Assembly (NCBI GenBank): GCA_034722055.1
Contig: JAYENL010000308.1
Span: 1-55,580, forward strand
DNA length: 55,580 nucleotides
Origin: Armatimonadota bacterium
Lineage (GTDB): Bacteria > Armatimonadota > Zipacnadia > Zipacnadales > UBA5352
Direction: 5' to 3'
A model generated the notes under the pieces. The model saw only the letters and a program-made list of their open reading frames with translations, did not search any database and was not told the origin of the DNA. How positions within the stretch are numbered: position 1 is the stretch's first letter; the number at the start of each line of letters is the position of its first letter. The translations under genes and the position numbers were made by a program. Positions 36,813 through 46,552 of the stretch are shown one piece after another.

Positions 36813-39800
36813 ATGCGCATCGCCATTATGCTGCTGCTCGTCGCATTGCCGCTGGCTGCGATGGCCCAGGCGGAGCATCAGCTCACGATCGACAACTTCG
36901 AGGAGGACACGCTCGGTCAGTGGCAGACGAGCGTCTCGCCGGAGTACTACCGCGGCGGTGAGGGCCGGGAGGGCCTCGCGATGGTCCAGGACCCCGATCA
37001 GGGACGGGTGATGCAGGCCCGCATCGCCTTCGTCGATCCCAACGCCAGCGAGCCGGTGTGGATCACCCGCTTCCTGGAGGAGCCCATCCCTCTGCGGCAC
37101 GTCCTGCGCGCCCGGGTGCGCTACAGGCTCACGGGCGCGGAGCAGGCGCCCATCGACAGCCTGAAGCTGCGCCTGCGCACAGCGCCAACGGCCTTCTCGG
37201 ATTACGAGCTGCTGCCCGAGGAGGGCGCGGTGCTCGATCAGTGGCAGGTCGCCACCGTCAACGTGCGCGAGAACATGCCCATGCGCAACGTCTACCGGAC
37301 CATCTTCGGCGAGATCCAGCAGGTGACGCTGCGACTCGATGACATCGACGACCGCAACTCCGAGTTTCTGCTGCTGGTGGATGAGATCGCACTCACCGTG
37401 GAGGAGCCGCCACAGCCTGAGTGGTCGCCCGGCGAGTATCAGCTTCGCCGCAACGACCGCCTGGACGTGCTGCTGATCACCCACTCGACCGCCGGCTTCT
37501 ACAACGTCGAGGAGGCGGCACGGGCGCTGGATCCCCATGCCCGGGTGGATCGCTACCTGTTCCGGGGGCTGCACTTCCCGCTGTGGGGCTTCCCCGAGAG
37601 CGTCGAGGCGCTCCTCGACTATGATGTCATCGTCATGATCGACGTCGATCCCTGGGTCCTCAGCCAGGAGCAGGCGGACTGGCTGGGCAGCCTGGTGCAC
37701 TCCGGCGTCGGCCTGGTCTTCTTCGGCGGCCCTGAGACTCTCACTCACGCCAAGGACTTCAAGCTGCCGTTGCGCGAGGCCCTGCCGGTGACCTTCGAGG
37801 CCGGTGCCGACGACGTCACCGTCGCCGCCCGGCCGGAGCCAGCGGATCATCCCCTGACATGGGGCCTGCCGGCCGCGCGTCTCGGCACGGTGGTGCACGT
37901 GCACGACGTTACGCCCCGCGAAGGCGCCGAGGTCGCCTTCAGCGCCAGTGACCGGCCCCTCGTGGTCACCGGCGAGTTCGGCAGCGGCCGCGTGGCGCTC
38001 GTCAACGCCTGGACGGAGTTTGGATCGACGATGCGGGGGCGCTTCCTGGGCACTGACCTCGCGGACGACCTCGTCCGCGCCATGATCCGCTGGGCCGCTG
38101 ATTCGATCCCGGACGCGAGGCTGCAGTCCGTTGAGCTTCCCGAGCGAAGCATCGTCGCCCCGGCCAGCGCGTTCGTGCGCGCGGAGGGGACCGAGGAGGT
38201 CAGCCAGATCCGGCTGCGGGTCGGCGACCGGGAGCCGCAGGCCTCCGAGGGCGCCGGCCCTGCGAGCTTCGAGATTGAGCTGCCCGGCTCACCCGAGAGC
38301 GAGCGGTCGATCCCGTGCGTCGTGGAGGTCCTGGATGCGGGAGGCGCGGTCAGCGACCGCCGTGACTTCGAGATCGAGGTCCTCAACCCGCTGGGCCTCG
38401 ACGTCACCTGGGCGGCGCACCAGCGGACCTTCGAGCCGGGTGGCACGATGGAGCTCACAACGCGCCTCGCGCGGCGGGACCTGCCTGCCGTGGAGGCGTC
38501 AGGCAGCTCGCTGAACATGAGCTTCGCATCCGGGCGGCTGCCGGTCGGGGCGGCCGGACTGGCGGACCTCTGGGTCGTGCCACCAGGCACCGAGAAGGTG
38601 CTGCACGATCAGTCAGGGCCGACGGACGTCGAGACGGCGACCGGCCACCAGGACCTGCGGCCGACGGTCACGACCACGGGCATCACTCGGGCCGACCGCG
38701 AGGACATGGACTTCGGGGATGACCCCCGCATCCAGAGGGTCACCCGCACCGCGCGCGTGCAGCCTGACGGAAGCGTGCGCCTCAACTACCACTACGAGTT
38801 CCTGCAGGACGTGCGGGTTCATCGCATCTCCACCATGCTCACGCTGCCCGCGTCGATCTATGCCGGAATGCCCTTCACGGCGAAGCAGCAGGAGGAGACC
38901 ACTGAGGGCACTCTCCCGCAGGAGGTGGGCAGGAGGCAGTTCGACGGGCACGGCCTGGATCTGACCATCGAGACGCCGCACGGCCCGCTGCGCATCCAGG
39001 TCCCCGATGAGTCCCTCCGCGTGTGGATGCAGGACCTGCGGCAGTGGGAGATGGGCAGTTTCCGCCTCGAGATCGAGGCTCCGTTTGAGGACGCGCTGGC
39101 GCAGGAGGGTGACAGCTACGACGTCCCGATCATCGTGACCGGGCCGGAGGCGACGGGCGGAGGGCAGATTCCCGACCTCGACGCGCTCGCGGTCCAGTGC
39201 GAGCTGATCGACGGCAACGGCCGGCCGACGCTGCAGTGGCCGGCCCGCCAGGCTGAGCCGCAGATGGCGCTCGCCCGGGAGCTAGCCGACCTGCGCAGCG
39301 GGGAGTACGAGCTGCGCGTGACGCTTCGCTCGGGTGACGAGGAGCTGGTGCGCACTGCCGAGCGGTGCTGGGTGGTGGATCCGCTGCGGCGCGAGGATTT
39401 CTTCCCGATCATGAGCGTCGTGGGCATCGGCCGCGGCGCGCATCCGATGGATCCGCCCATGATTCGCGCGCGCATCGACGACCTCTACGCCCACGGGTTC
39501 AACGCTGCGGCGGAGGCCAACGCGCGGAGCCTCAGCCGCCCAGGGTCCTCACACTCCACGGAGCTGGATGTCCTGGCGCAGGGATACGCCCAGCGCCTGG
39601 GGATGGCGCCCTTCTACGAGTACCACAGCCTGACGCTGGTCCGCCGCGAGGGCCAGGTCCCGGTCTCGGTCTTCGACCCCGAGCATAAGGAGCGGCTGCG
39701 AGACCTGGTGGAGCCGCAGTTCGAGGTCTGTGACCGCACTGCGCGGCTGCTGAGCATCAAGATCCTCGACGAGCCGCACGTGGGCCCCGACCAGCCCCTG

Positions 39801-41504
39801 TGGACCGAGCGCTGTCGCGAGGTCTTCCGGGAGCGCTACGGAGCCGAGTACGTGCCGGTGGACGAGCTCGGCGATGATCATGCGGCGCGCTGGCGTCTGT
39901 CGGACTTCCTGGGGTACTACGTTGAGCGGGCCTACGGGCTGACCCGCGAGATCCGCGAGGAGCATGGGGGCGAGTGGGACCTGCTGGTGACCTTCAACTC
40001 GCCGGGCCTCGGCTACGGCCGCGGGTACACCTCCCGACAGGACATCCTCTCCTGGGGCCGACAGGCCGGACGCTTCGACTTCGACATCTACCCCTACTTC
40101 TACCCGGCCTCGCAGAAGGTCCGCATGGTGCAGGCCGACTATGGGCTGAGCATGATGCGCAGCTTCGCGCAGCACCTCAACCGCCCCTGGGGCTTCTACG
40201 TAGAGCTTGACGACCGCAACTGGCCCTACCAGAAGAACCCCAGGGAGGCATCGGCGGAGTGCGCCTTCACGGCCATCGCCCAGGGCGCGGACTACCTCAA
40301 CAGCTTCATCCACCGCGGCTTCGGCACCGGCGTCAGCTCCCGGCCGGAGCGCTGGCAGGAGACCGGCAGGGCCATGCGCGCTATCCGCCGCGTAGGTCCG
40401 CTGCTCACGCGCATGCAGCGACCGCGGGCCACGGTGGCCATGATCTACCCTATGGCTCAGGCCATGATCCACGACGGCCACAGCCCGGAGCACTACACGC
40501 TCACCTGCCTGCGCCACGGCTTCGGGATGACGGACGCGGTCAGCTCCGAGATCCTGGCCGAGGACGAGACGCAGTTCGACCGCGACGCCTTCGTGCTGCT
40601 CGGCTGCGAGATCTTGGAGAGGCCGGTCGCCGAGCGCCTGGTGGAGTTCGTGCGCCGGGGCGGAACCCTCATCATCGACCAGGTGCCGGGCGTGGACATC
40701 CAGGGCGAGCCGCTCGGCCTGCCCTGGGACTTCGAGGGCGTCGGGGCGGAGGCGCTGCCTGATCTTCCCGACTGCACGTGGAGGACGCTTACCGACGGGC
40801 AGGGCCGTGTCATCCTGCTGGACTTCGACTTCGAGGAGGCCTACCGCGAGGCCACCGAGGAGGATATGTTCAAGCGCGCCGCCGCCCTTCGGGCCGCGGT
40901 CCGCACGCTGCTGTCAGAGGCCACGCCGCTGTGCGTCGCCGACGATGAGCATGGGCAGATGGAGGCCGGACTGCGCCTGGGCGAGGACGCGGCGCTGGTG
41001 ACGGTGGTCAATCACTGGCCGGAGGAGAACGCCGCCGAGCTGCGCATTCGCGGCCTGCCCTTCGAGCCGGCATGGCTGTGCGACGTCACGACCATGGAGC
41101 CCGTCGAGTTCGGCACTGGCCCGGACGCGCACTCCTGCGACGTCCCGGTTCGCCTGGCCGGGCGGCACTCGCAGATGCTGGCGGTGCTGCCTGAGCGACC
41201 GACCGAGCTGGATGTTGACGTGGCCGAAGCGGAGCTGCAGCCGGGAGAGGAGCTTCGCTACCGGGTGCGCGTGCTGGGCGCGCACAGCCGACCTGCCGCC
41301 GGCCAGCATCTCCTGGAGATCGCGGTCACAGGCCCGGACGGGCGGGAGGTGAACCGCTTCGGCGGCTCGACGGCCACCGAGGCCGGCGTCGCCACCCGCT
41401 CAATAGCCGTGCCCACAAACGCGCTGCCGGGCGATTACCGCATGGAGGTCCGCGCCCCGCAGATCCCAGCGGAGGCAGTCGCCACGGTCAACATCGGCCA
41501 GTAG
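36813..41504 (+). CDS. Large secreted multidomain protein (CBM-like, GATase1-like, GH42-like barrel and trimerisation domain)
   Basis: Signal peptide MRIAIMLLLVALPLAAMA; motifs YDVIVMIDVD and GVGLVFFGGP, ILDEPH, FDIYPY, EFVRRGGTLIID. Confidence 0.65.
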   Translation: MRIAIMLLLVALPLAAMAQAEHQLTIDNFEEDTLGQWQTSVSPEYYRGGEGREGLAMVQDPDQGRVMQARIAFVDPNASEPVWITRFLEEPIPLRHVLRARVRYRLTGAEQAPIDSLKLRLRTAPTAFSDYELLPEEGAVLDQWQVATVNVRENMPMRNVYRTIFGEIQQVTLRLDDIDDRNSEFLLLVDEIALTVEEPPQPEWSPGEYQLRRNDRLDVLLITHSTAGFYNVEEAARALDPHARVDRYLFRGLHFPLWGFPESVEALLDYDVIVMIDVDPWVLSQEQADWLGSLVHSGVGLVFFGGPETLTHAKDFKLPLREALPVTFEAGADDVTVAARPEPADHPLTWGLPAARLGTVVHVHDVTPREGAEVAFSASDRPLVVTGEFGSGRVALVNAWTEFGSTMRGRFLGTDLADDLVRAMIRWAADSIPDARLQSVELPERSIVAPASAFVRAEGTEEVSQIRLRVGDREPQASEGAGPASFEIELPGSPESERSIPCVVEVLDAGGAVSDRRDFEIEVLNPLGLDVTWAAHQRTFEPGGTMELTTRLARRDLPAVEASGSSLNMSFASGRLPVGAAGLADLWVVPPGTEKVLHDQSGPTDVETATGHQDLRPTVTTTGITRADREDMDFGDDPRIQRVTRTARVQPDGSVRLNYHYEFLQDVRVHRISTMLTLPASIYAGMPFTAKQQEETTEGTLPQEVGRRQFDGHGLDLTIETPHGPLRIQVPDESLRVWMQDLRQWEMGSFRLEIEAPFEDALAQEGDSYDVPIIVTGPEATGGGQIPDLDALAVQCELIDGNGRPTLQWPARQAEPQMALARELADLRSGEYELRVTLRSGDEELVRTAERCWVVDPLRREDFFPIMSVVGIGRGAHPMDPPMIRARIDDLYAHGFNAAAEANARSLSRPGSSHSTELDVLAQGYAQRLGMAPFYEYHSLTLVRREGQVPVSVFDPEHKERLRDLVEPQFEVCDRTARLLSIKILDEPHVGPDQPLWTERCREVFRERYGAEYVPVDELGDDHAARWRLSDFLGYYVERAYGLTREIREEHGGEWDLLVTFNSPGLGYGRGYTSRQDILSWGRQAGRFDFDIYPYFYPASQKVRMVQADYGLSMMRSFAQHLNRPWGFYVELDDRNWPYQKNPREASAECAFTAIAQGADYLNSFIHRGFGTGVSSRPERWQETGRAMRAIRRVGPLLTRMQRPRATVAMIYPMAQAMIHDGHSPEHYTLTCLRHGFGMTDAVSSEILAEDETQFDRDAFVLLGCEILERPVAERLVEFVRRGGTLIIDQVPGVDIQGEPLGLPWDFEGVGAEALPDLPDCTWRTLTDGQGRVILLDFDFEEAYREATEEDMFKRAAALRAAVRTLLSEATPLCVADDEHGQMEAGLRLGEDAALVTVVNHWPEENAAELRIRGLPFEPAWLCDVTTMEPVEFGTGPDAHSCDVPVRLAGRHSQMLAVLPERPTELDVDVAEAELQPGEELRYRVRVLGAHSRPAAGQHLLEIAVTGPDGREVNRFGGSTATEAGVATRSIAVPTNALPGDYRMEVRAPQIPAEAVATVNIGQ

Positions 41505-41514
41505 GTGCTGGCAC

Positions 41515-44500
41515 TCAGTACTCACCGAGCCGGTCGCGGAGCGTCTCGATGGCGCGCGCGACCGTCTCCTTGACCTGCAGCACCGCGCCGGGCCGGGGGA
41601 GGATCTCGGTCGAGTAGCGGCCTCCGGCGCTGGGCATATCCACCAGCGCCTCCGCCTCCGCCAGTGCCGCCTCGCCGACGCTCACGTCCACGGCCGCCTC
41701 CCGGCCGCGCGCCACCAGCTCCCGGAGCATCTGCAGGTACTCGTAATCCTCCACGCCCTCGCGCGCCATCTCCAGGCGGATGGAGCTGACCACTCCGTCG
41801 AGGCCGATCGCCTCCCCGGGGTAGGCCAGGTAGCCGTCGCCGTTGGGGTAGCGCACCCAGTGATGCTCGCCGGGCTCCCCGCTCTGGCGGATGTAGCTGT
41901 GCCAGCCAAACTCCCAGGGATCGTAGGTCAGCCAGTCGATGCCCCAGAACTCGTAGGCCTCAGCCCCGTACTGGAAGCAGTAGTGCGGAAGCAGGCGCTC
42001 GATGGCGCAGAAGGGGGTGTCCGTGCACATCTGCCCGTCAGTGGTCCACCAGATGCGCCCACCGGCCTCGCGGATGGTGGCCAGCTCCTTCGGCGGCACG
42101 CGCCCGTAATGCCCCACACCCCAGACATCCAGGGACTCCCGCCACCGTGGCTCGTAGCTCCAGGTGCTGGAGTAGATGGGGATTTCCGGGGAGACCTCGT
42201 GGATCATCTCGCACAGCGCCCGCATCTGATCAACGATATACTCCCGGCGCGTAAACCACGGCTCGTCGGAGATGTAGAGGACGAATCTGTCGGCCCAGCC
42301 GCGCTCCTGCACGTGCTCCCAGAACAGCCGAAGGGCCTGCTGGTAGACCCGGCGGTACTCGGGCCGGAGCCTCGAGCGGTCCACGCCCTCGTAGGGGTAC
42401 TCGCCATCATAGGGCTCGACGCCCCACAGGCTCTTTGGCGGATGGCCCCAGCCGAAGCAGTAGAACAGGCCCGGGGTGTAGCTGTGCTGGAAGCCCAGGT
42501 CCTCGAAGTAGTACTCGGCCGCCTCATCGAAGGCCGTGAAGTCCGCCGACACCTCGCCATCCTCGTAGCTGAAGCTGGGCGCCGGGTGTACGCGATCCGG
42601 GCACAGGCGGAGGTCGGCCATCAGGCGCCACAGCTTTCGGAGCTGCTCCGGGCGGCCCTCGCCCGGCGAGAACCACTGGCTGTGGTGCGCGCGGGCGTCG
42701 TAGATCGCCTGGACATGGCTCACCGGGGGCAGCGTGAAGTCCCACACGTGGACCATGAAGGGCGTCTCCGCCACGGTTCCGGCCTGTCCGACGATCCTGA
42801 CCGCGCCGCGGTAGTCACCAGCCCGCGCATCCTCGGGGATCCGGAGGCTGAGCCAGATCGGCTGCGTCGTGCGCGCGTCCAGGTCGAAGGTGTCAGTCGG
42901 CCGCAGAGGATCGGGCCACCAGCCGGCCCAGCCGTCGCAGCGTCCGGGGACCCTGGGATACTTGCGCTGCCACGTCGGCCTCTGCGAGCTGTAGTAGCTG
43001 GTGGCGTGGTCGATAGGCACGTAGCCCACCACCGCAGTCTCGGCCTGGGGGAGCTGCTCGCCCTGCGCGTTCGTCGGCTGATCGACCTCAATGTGCAGCC
43101 CCTCCAGGTCCTCCGGCGCCCTGACCGCGAGCTGGAGCGGCTCCACATCGTTGCGCGCCGCCGTGATCCGCGCAGGCTGGATGGACTGGGGCGCCGGGTC
43201 ATCCCGGAAGACCTTCACGATCGGGTTCACCGGCCAGAAGCTCGGCGCCGACACCCGCCGCGACGGATGCACCTGCATCTCGCCCACGTGGCCTGAGGTC
43301 GCCTCGGCCATGACGACCCCGTCGTGCCACACCGTCCCGGTCGCATTCATGGTCAGGTGGAGCTGGAATGTAGCGGCGTCCGCGGGCATCTCGAAGAGCC
43401 CCGACAGCAGCGTCCAGTCCTCGGTCCCGGTCAGATCCGGCCCGGCACTGGTGTACTTCTGTGTCTCACACAGCTCGCCGTCGGCGGTGCGGTAGTGGGC
43501 GTGGATGCGCACCGTTCCCGCGATGTCCTCGGTGCGCACCCAGGCGGCGAACAGATACGTGCGGCCCGGCCTTACGGGCACGTCCTGACGCCAGCCCGTC
43601 CAGGCGGTCCGGGAGCGGTGCGGAACCTGAATCCGCGCCGCCCGCTCACCGAATAGCCCGCCCTCGACGACCTCCAGCTCGGCGCCCTCAGGGCGCTCGC
43701 CCTCCGCGCCGCCGGGCCAGTCAGCCGGCAGCTCCCCGCCCTCCTCGAAGCTGGGATTGCGAGCCATGTTCGCCTCACCGTGAAGCAAGTCCGCGTAGCT
43801 CTCGGTCGGCTCGAAAGTCGCCTGCGGGTCGTCCGAGAAGTAGAGGTGGAATGTGCTGATCGACCGGGCGGGCACATCGGCCTGAAACAGCAGGGCGCCA
43901 TCGTGAGACCGGAGGTCTCCGAGGTAGCTCGGGGAGCGCTGCGGGCCGGTGGCAATCATCATTGAGTCCGGATTCACACGCCCGGCCAGCCGGCCCAGCA
44001 CCGGGGTGGTGTCCACGTGCACCAGCAGATTGGACCGCTCCTCGGGCGAGAGGTTCGTCACGGTCACGGGCATGCGATAGGGGCGCTCTCCTGCGTCGGC
44101 CCACGGGGCTTCGGCGCCAATCTCACGAAGCTCCAGCCGCTCGGCCTGCCCCGCAGTTGCCGTCAGACGCACCTCGCCGCCGATGGCCTCCAGCGCCACG
44201 TCATCGAACCAGGCCGCGCCCGTCCCTCGCAGCACCGTGCCGAGGCTGGCCTGGTTGGCCTCCTCGGGGGCATCGAACTCCAGGCTGACCTGCGTCCAGT
44301 CGAAGGTGCCGTCTCCGGCCCGCGCCATGGGCCCGATGATCATCGGGTCGTCCTCGTTGCCGACGTGCACGTACCAGCCGGCGTATCCCTCCACATCCTT
44401 CGCCCGCACCCACGCGGTGAGCCGGTAGCGCTGCCCGCCGATGACGTGAATGCCGCGCTGGCGCGTCGCAATCCAGGTCGGCTCCGCTCCCCCGGCCACG

Positions 44501-45069
44501 ATCGTCTTCAGGCAGCGCTGGCCCGAGTGCGGATTCTCGCGCACCCACATGGCCTGATGCTGCTCATCGCCGGCGTCGTGACGCCAGCCGGTGGGTGTGT
44601 CGCCCTCACCGTGCTCCACGCCGCCGTTGCGGACTCCCACCGAGGCCTGGAGGAACTCAGCCACCTGCCACGCGTGCGGGTTGTCGGCGTAGACGTAGTA
44701 GGTCGCCGTCTCTCCAGCCGGGCATTGTGCGGGGATCACCAGTCGGGCGCCGGCCGGGATGGGCCCGGAGGTCACGTCGCCGCCAACTGAGGTGATGCGG
44801 AAGAGCATCTCCGTGCCCTCAGCATCGCAGACGCGGATCGCCTCCGCCGGCGATCCCGCGAGAGGCACCTGCCCTCCAGCGTCCCCGATCTGCACAGCGA
44901 CCGGCGCGCCGGCCGCATCCCGGTCCGTCTCATTGTGTATCTGAACCGGAACGCGGCTGCGCCACACGCCGCCGTTGCCCAGGTAGAGCGGATGATGCCA
45001 GCCATCCGTCGCATAGGCTGTTGATGCGCACACGAGCATCACAGATGCGCCCACCAGGCACCGAGCCAT
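41515..45069 (-). CDS. Secreted GH123/DUF4091-like glycoside hydrolase with two CBM4/9-like domains
   Basis: Signal peptide; NGGVE...WFDDV and NPSFEE...WHDGV modules; motifs WPDPL, VWDFTLP, YISDEP, NGDGYLAYPG, SIRLEMAREGVEDYEYL. Confidence 0.8.
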   Translation of the reverse strand: MARCLVGASVMLVCASTAYATDGWHHPLYLGNGGVWRSRVPVQIHNETDRDAAGAPVAVQIGDAGGQVPLAGSPAEAIRVCDAEGTEMLFRITSVGGDVTSGPIPAGARLVIPAQCPAGETATYYVYADNPHAWQVAEFLQASVGVRNGGVEHGEGDTPTGWRHDAGDEQHQAMWVRENPHSGQRCLKTIVAGGAEPTWIATRQRGIHVIGGQRYRLTAWVRAKDVEGYAGWYVHVGNEDDPMIIGPMARAGDGTFDWTQVSLEFDAPEEANQASLGTVLRGTGAAWFDDVALEAIGGEVRLTATAGQAERLELREIGAEAPWADAGERPYRMPVTVTNLSPEERSNLLVHVDTTPVLGRLAGRVNPDSMMIATGPQRSPSYLGDLRSHDGALLFQADVPARSISTFHLYFSDDPQATFEPTESYADLLHGEANMARNPSFEEGGELPADWPGGAEGERPEGAELEVVEGGLFGERAARIQVPHRSRTAWTGWRQDVPVRPGRTYLFAAWVRTEDIAGTVRIHAHYRTADGELCETQKYTSAGPDLTGTEDWTLLSGLFEMPADAATFQLHLTMNATGTVWHDGVVMAEATSGHVGEMQVHPSRRVSAPSFWPVNPIVKVFRDDPAPQSIQPARITAARNDVEPLQLAVRAPEDLEGLHIEVDQPTNAQGEQLPQAETAVVGYVPIDHATSYYSSQRPTWQRKYPRVPGRCDGWAGWWPDPLRPTDTFDLDARTTQPIWLSLRIPEDARAGDYRGAVRIVGQAGTVAETPFMVHVWDFTLPPVSHVQAIYDARAHHSQWFSPGEGRPEQLRKLWRLMADLRLCPDRVHPAPSFSYEDGEVSADFTAFDEAAEYYFEDLGFQHSYTPGLFYCFGWGHPPKSLWGVEPYDGEYPYEGVDRSRLRPEYRRVYQQALRLFWEHVQERGWADRFVLYISDEPWFTRREYIVDQMRALCEMIHEVSPEIPIYSSTWSYEPRWRESLDVWGVGHYGRVPPKELATIREAGGRIWWTTDGQMCTDTPFCAIERLLPHYCFQYGAEAYEFWGIDWLTYDPWEFGWHSYIRQSGEPGEHHWVRYPNGDGYLAYPGEAIGLDGVVSSIRLEMAREGVEDYEYLQMLRELVARGREAAVDVSVGEAALAEAEALVDMPSAGGRYSTEILPRPGAVLQVKETVARAIETLRDRLGEY

Positions 45070-45087
45070 GCTGATCACCGCTGAGCC

Positions 45088-45113
45088 ATTCCACGGCGCT
45101 GGCGATGAGCCCT
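45088..45113 (-). promoter_or_regulatory. AGG-N18-GAAT promoter-like motif
   Basis: Minus strand reads ggAGGG-ctcatcgccagcgccgtg-GAAT. Confidence 0.55.
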
Positions 45114-45123
45114 CCGCTCCACG

Positions 45124-45148
45124 AGGAAACAGCCGGCTTACGCGGAAG
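45124..45148 (+). promoter_or_regulatory. AGG-N17-GAA promoter-like motif
   Basis: cgAGGA-aacagccggcttacgcg-GAAG. Confidence 0.55.
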
Positions 45149-45193
45149 GTGGCGCCCAGAGGCCGCAGAGGAAGCTAACGGGAGGTCAGTCTG

Positions 45194-46507
45194 ATGCCGG
45201 CACCCAGCTCACCCGCTGATGCACCGGTGATCGCCGAGCACGAGGTGGTGGTCGTGGGCGCCGGTCCTGCCGGGATCGGCGCTGGCTGCGCTGCCGCCCG
45301 GCTGGGCCTCGACACCCTGGTCGTCGAGCGCCAGGGCTTCCCCGGCGGCGTGGCCACGACCTGTTGCTGCCCCTTCCTGATGGGCTTCGCGACGGCCGGC
45401 CGGCAGGTCATCGGGGGCCTCGCGGATGATCTCGTCCGGGAGCTGGACCGCATGGGGCAGGCCCGGCTGCGCATCGCGCCCCAGGCCGTCCCCGACCCTG
45501 AGCCGATCGGCGAGCGCGCCATCACCGCGAACGTCATCACCTCGGTGGAGGGGGTTCGTCTGGCGGCAGCGCGGCTGCTGGAGCGGAGCGGCGCGGGGAT
45601 GCTGTTCTATGCCCCGGTCATCGACGCCATCTCCGACGGAGACCGCGTCACTGCCGTGTGCGTTGACCGCGCCGAGGGACCGGGCCTGATCCGCGCGCGC
45701 TGCTTTGTGGATGCCACCGGAGACGCGGTGGTGGTGCACCGGGCCGGCGGGGAGACCCGGGAGGCACCCGCAGGGGAGGCCGCAACGAAGACGATCCTCA
45801 TCCGCGTCGGCGGCGTGGTGGACTTCGACCGCCAGGAGGTGGAGCGAGCATTCAACGCCCGGGTGGACGCGGGCGCAGTGCCCCTCCCCGAGCAGGATCG
45901 CTTCATGGGAGTGGCGCTGCTGAACCCCGGGGAAGTTTTGCTCAACTTCACGCTCACCGCCGGCGACGGCCTTCGCTCGGCGGAACTGAGCCGGATGGAC
46001 CGCGATCTGCGGGAGCAGATCCCGGTGGCGGTGGGATGGTTCAGAGAGCACATCCCGGGATTCGAGGAGTGCTTCCACGTGGACTCGGCCGTCCGGGTCG
46101 GGGTGCGCGTGGGGCGATCCATCGTGGGACATGAGACCATCACCCGCGGGGACATCGACAGCGATGCACCTGTCCCCGAGCCAGTCGCGCTGGGCAGTCG
46201 CAGCTACGGCGGCCACGGGCTGGGGGCCTTCTCGTCACCATGGGCGAAGTCACATCCAGGCACGCGTGGCATCCCCTGGAGGTCGCTGCTGCCGGTCAGC
46301 TTCGGCAACGTGACGGCCGGTGGGCGGGCCATCTCCTGTGACCATCGGGTCATCGACACCATCCGGCTGATGGCGCGCTGCATGGCGACCGGTCAGGGGG
46401 CCGGCGTCACCGCCGCCCTGGCCGCGGAACGAGGCTGTGACGCGCTGGCGGTCGGCTACGCGGATGTCCGGGAGGCGCTGCTGGAGGAGGGCGCCATCCT
46501 GCAGTAG
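45194..46507 (+). CDS. FAD-dependent oxidoreductase (FAD_oxidored family)
   Basis: Motifs VVVVGAGPAG, FVDATGDA, IPWRSLLP, GRAIS, CMATGQGAG; GGAGG RBS. Confidence 0.9.
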   Translation: MPAPSSPADAPVIAEHEVVVVGAGPAGIGAGCAAARLGLDTLVVERQGFPGGVATTCCCPFLMGFATAGRQVIGGLADDLVRELDRMGQARLRIAPQAVPDPEPIGERAITANVITSVEGVRLAAARLLERSGAGMLFYAPVIDAISDGDRVTAVCVDRAEGPGLIRARCFVDATGDAVVVHRAGGETREAPAGEAATKTILIRVGGVVDFDRQEVERAFNARVDAGAVPLPEQDRFMGVALLNPGEVLLNFTLTAGDGLRSAELSRMDRDLREQIPVAVGWFREHIPGFEECFHVDSAVRVGVRVGRSIVGHETITRGDIDSDAPVPEPVALGSRSYGGHGLGAFSSPWAKSHPGTRGIPWRSLLPVSFGNVTAGGRAISCDHRVIDTIRLMARCMATGQGAGVTAALAAERGCDALAVGYADVREALLEEGAILQ

Positions 46508-46552
46508 CGCTGCTGTCCGCGATGCTGCGTCATCTGACAGAGGAGGTCCGCT

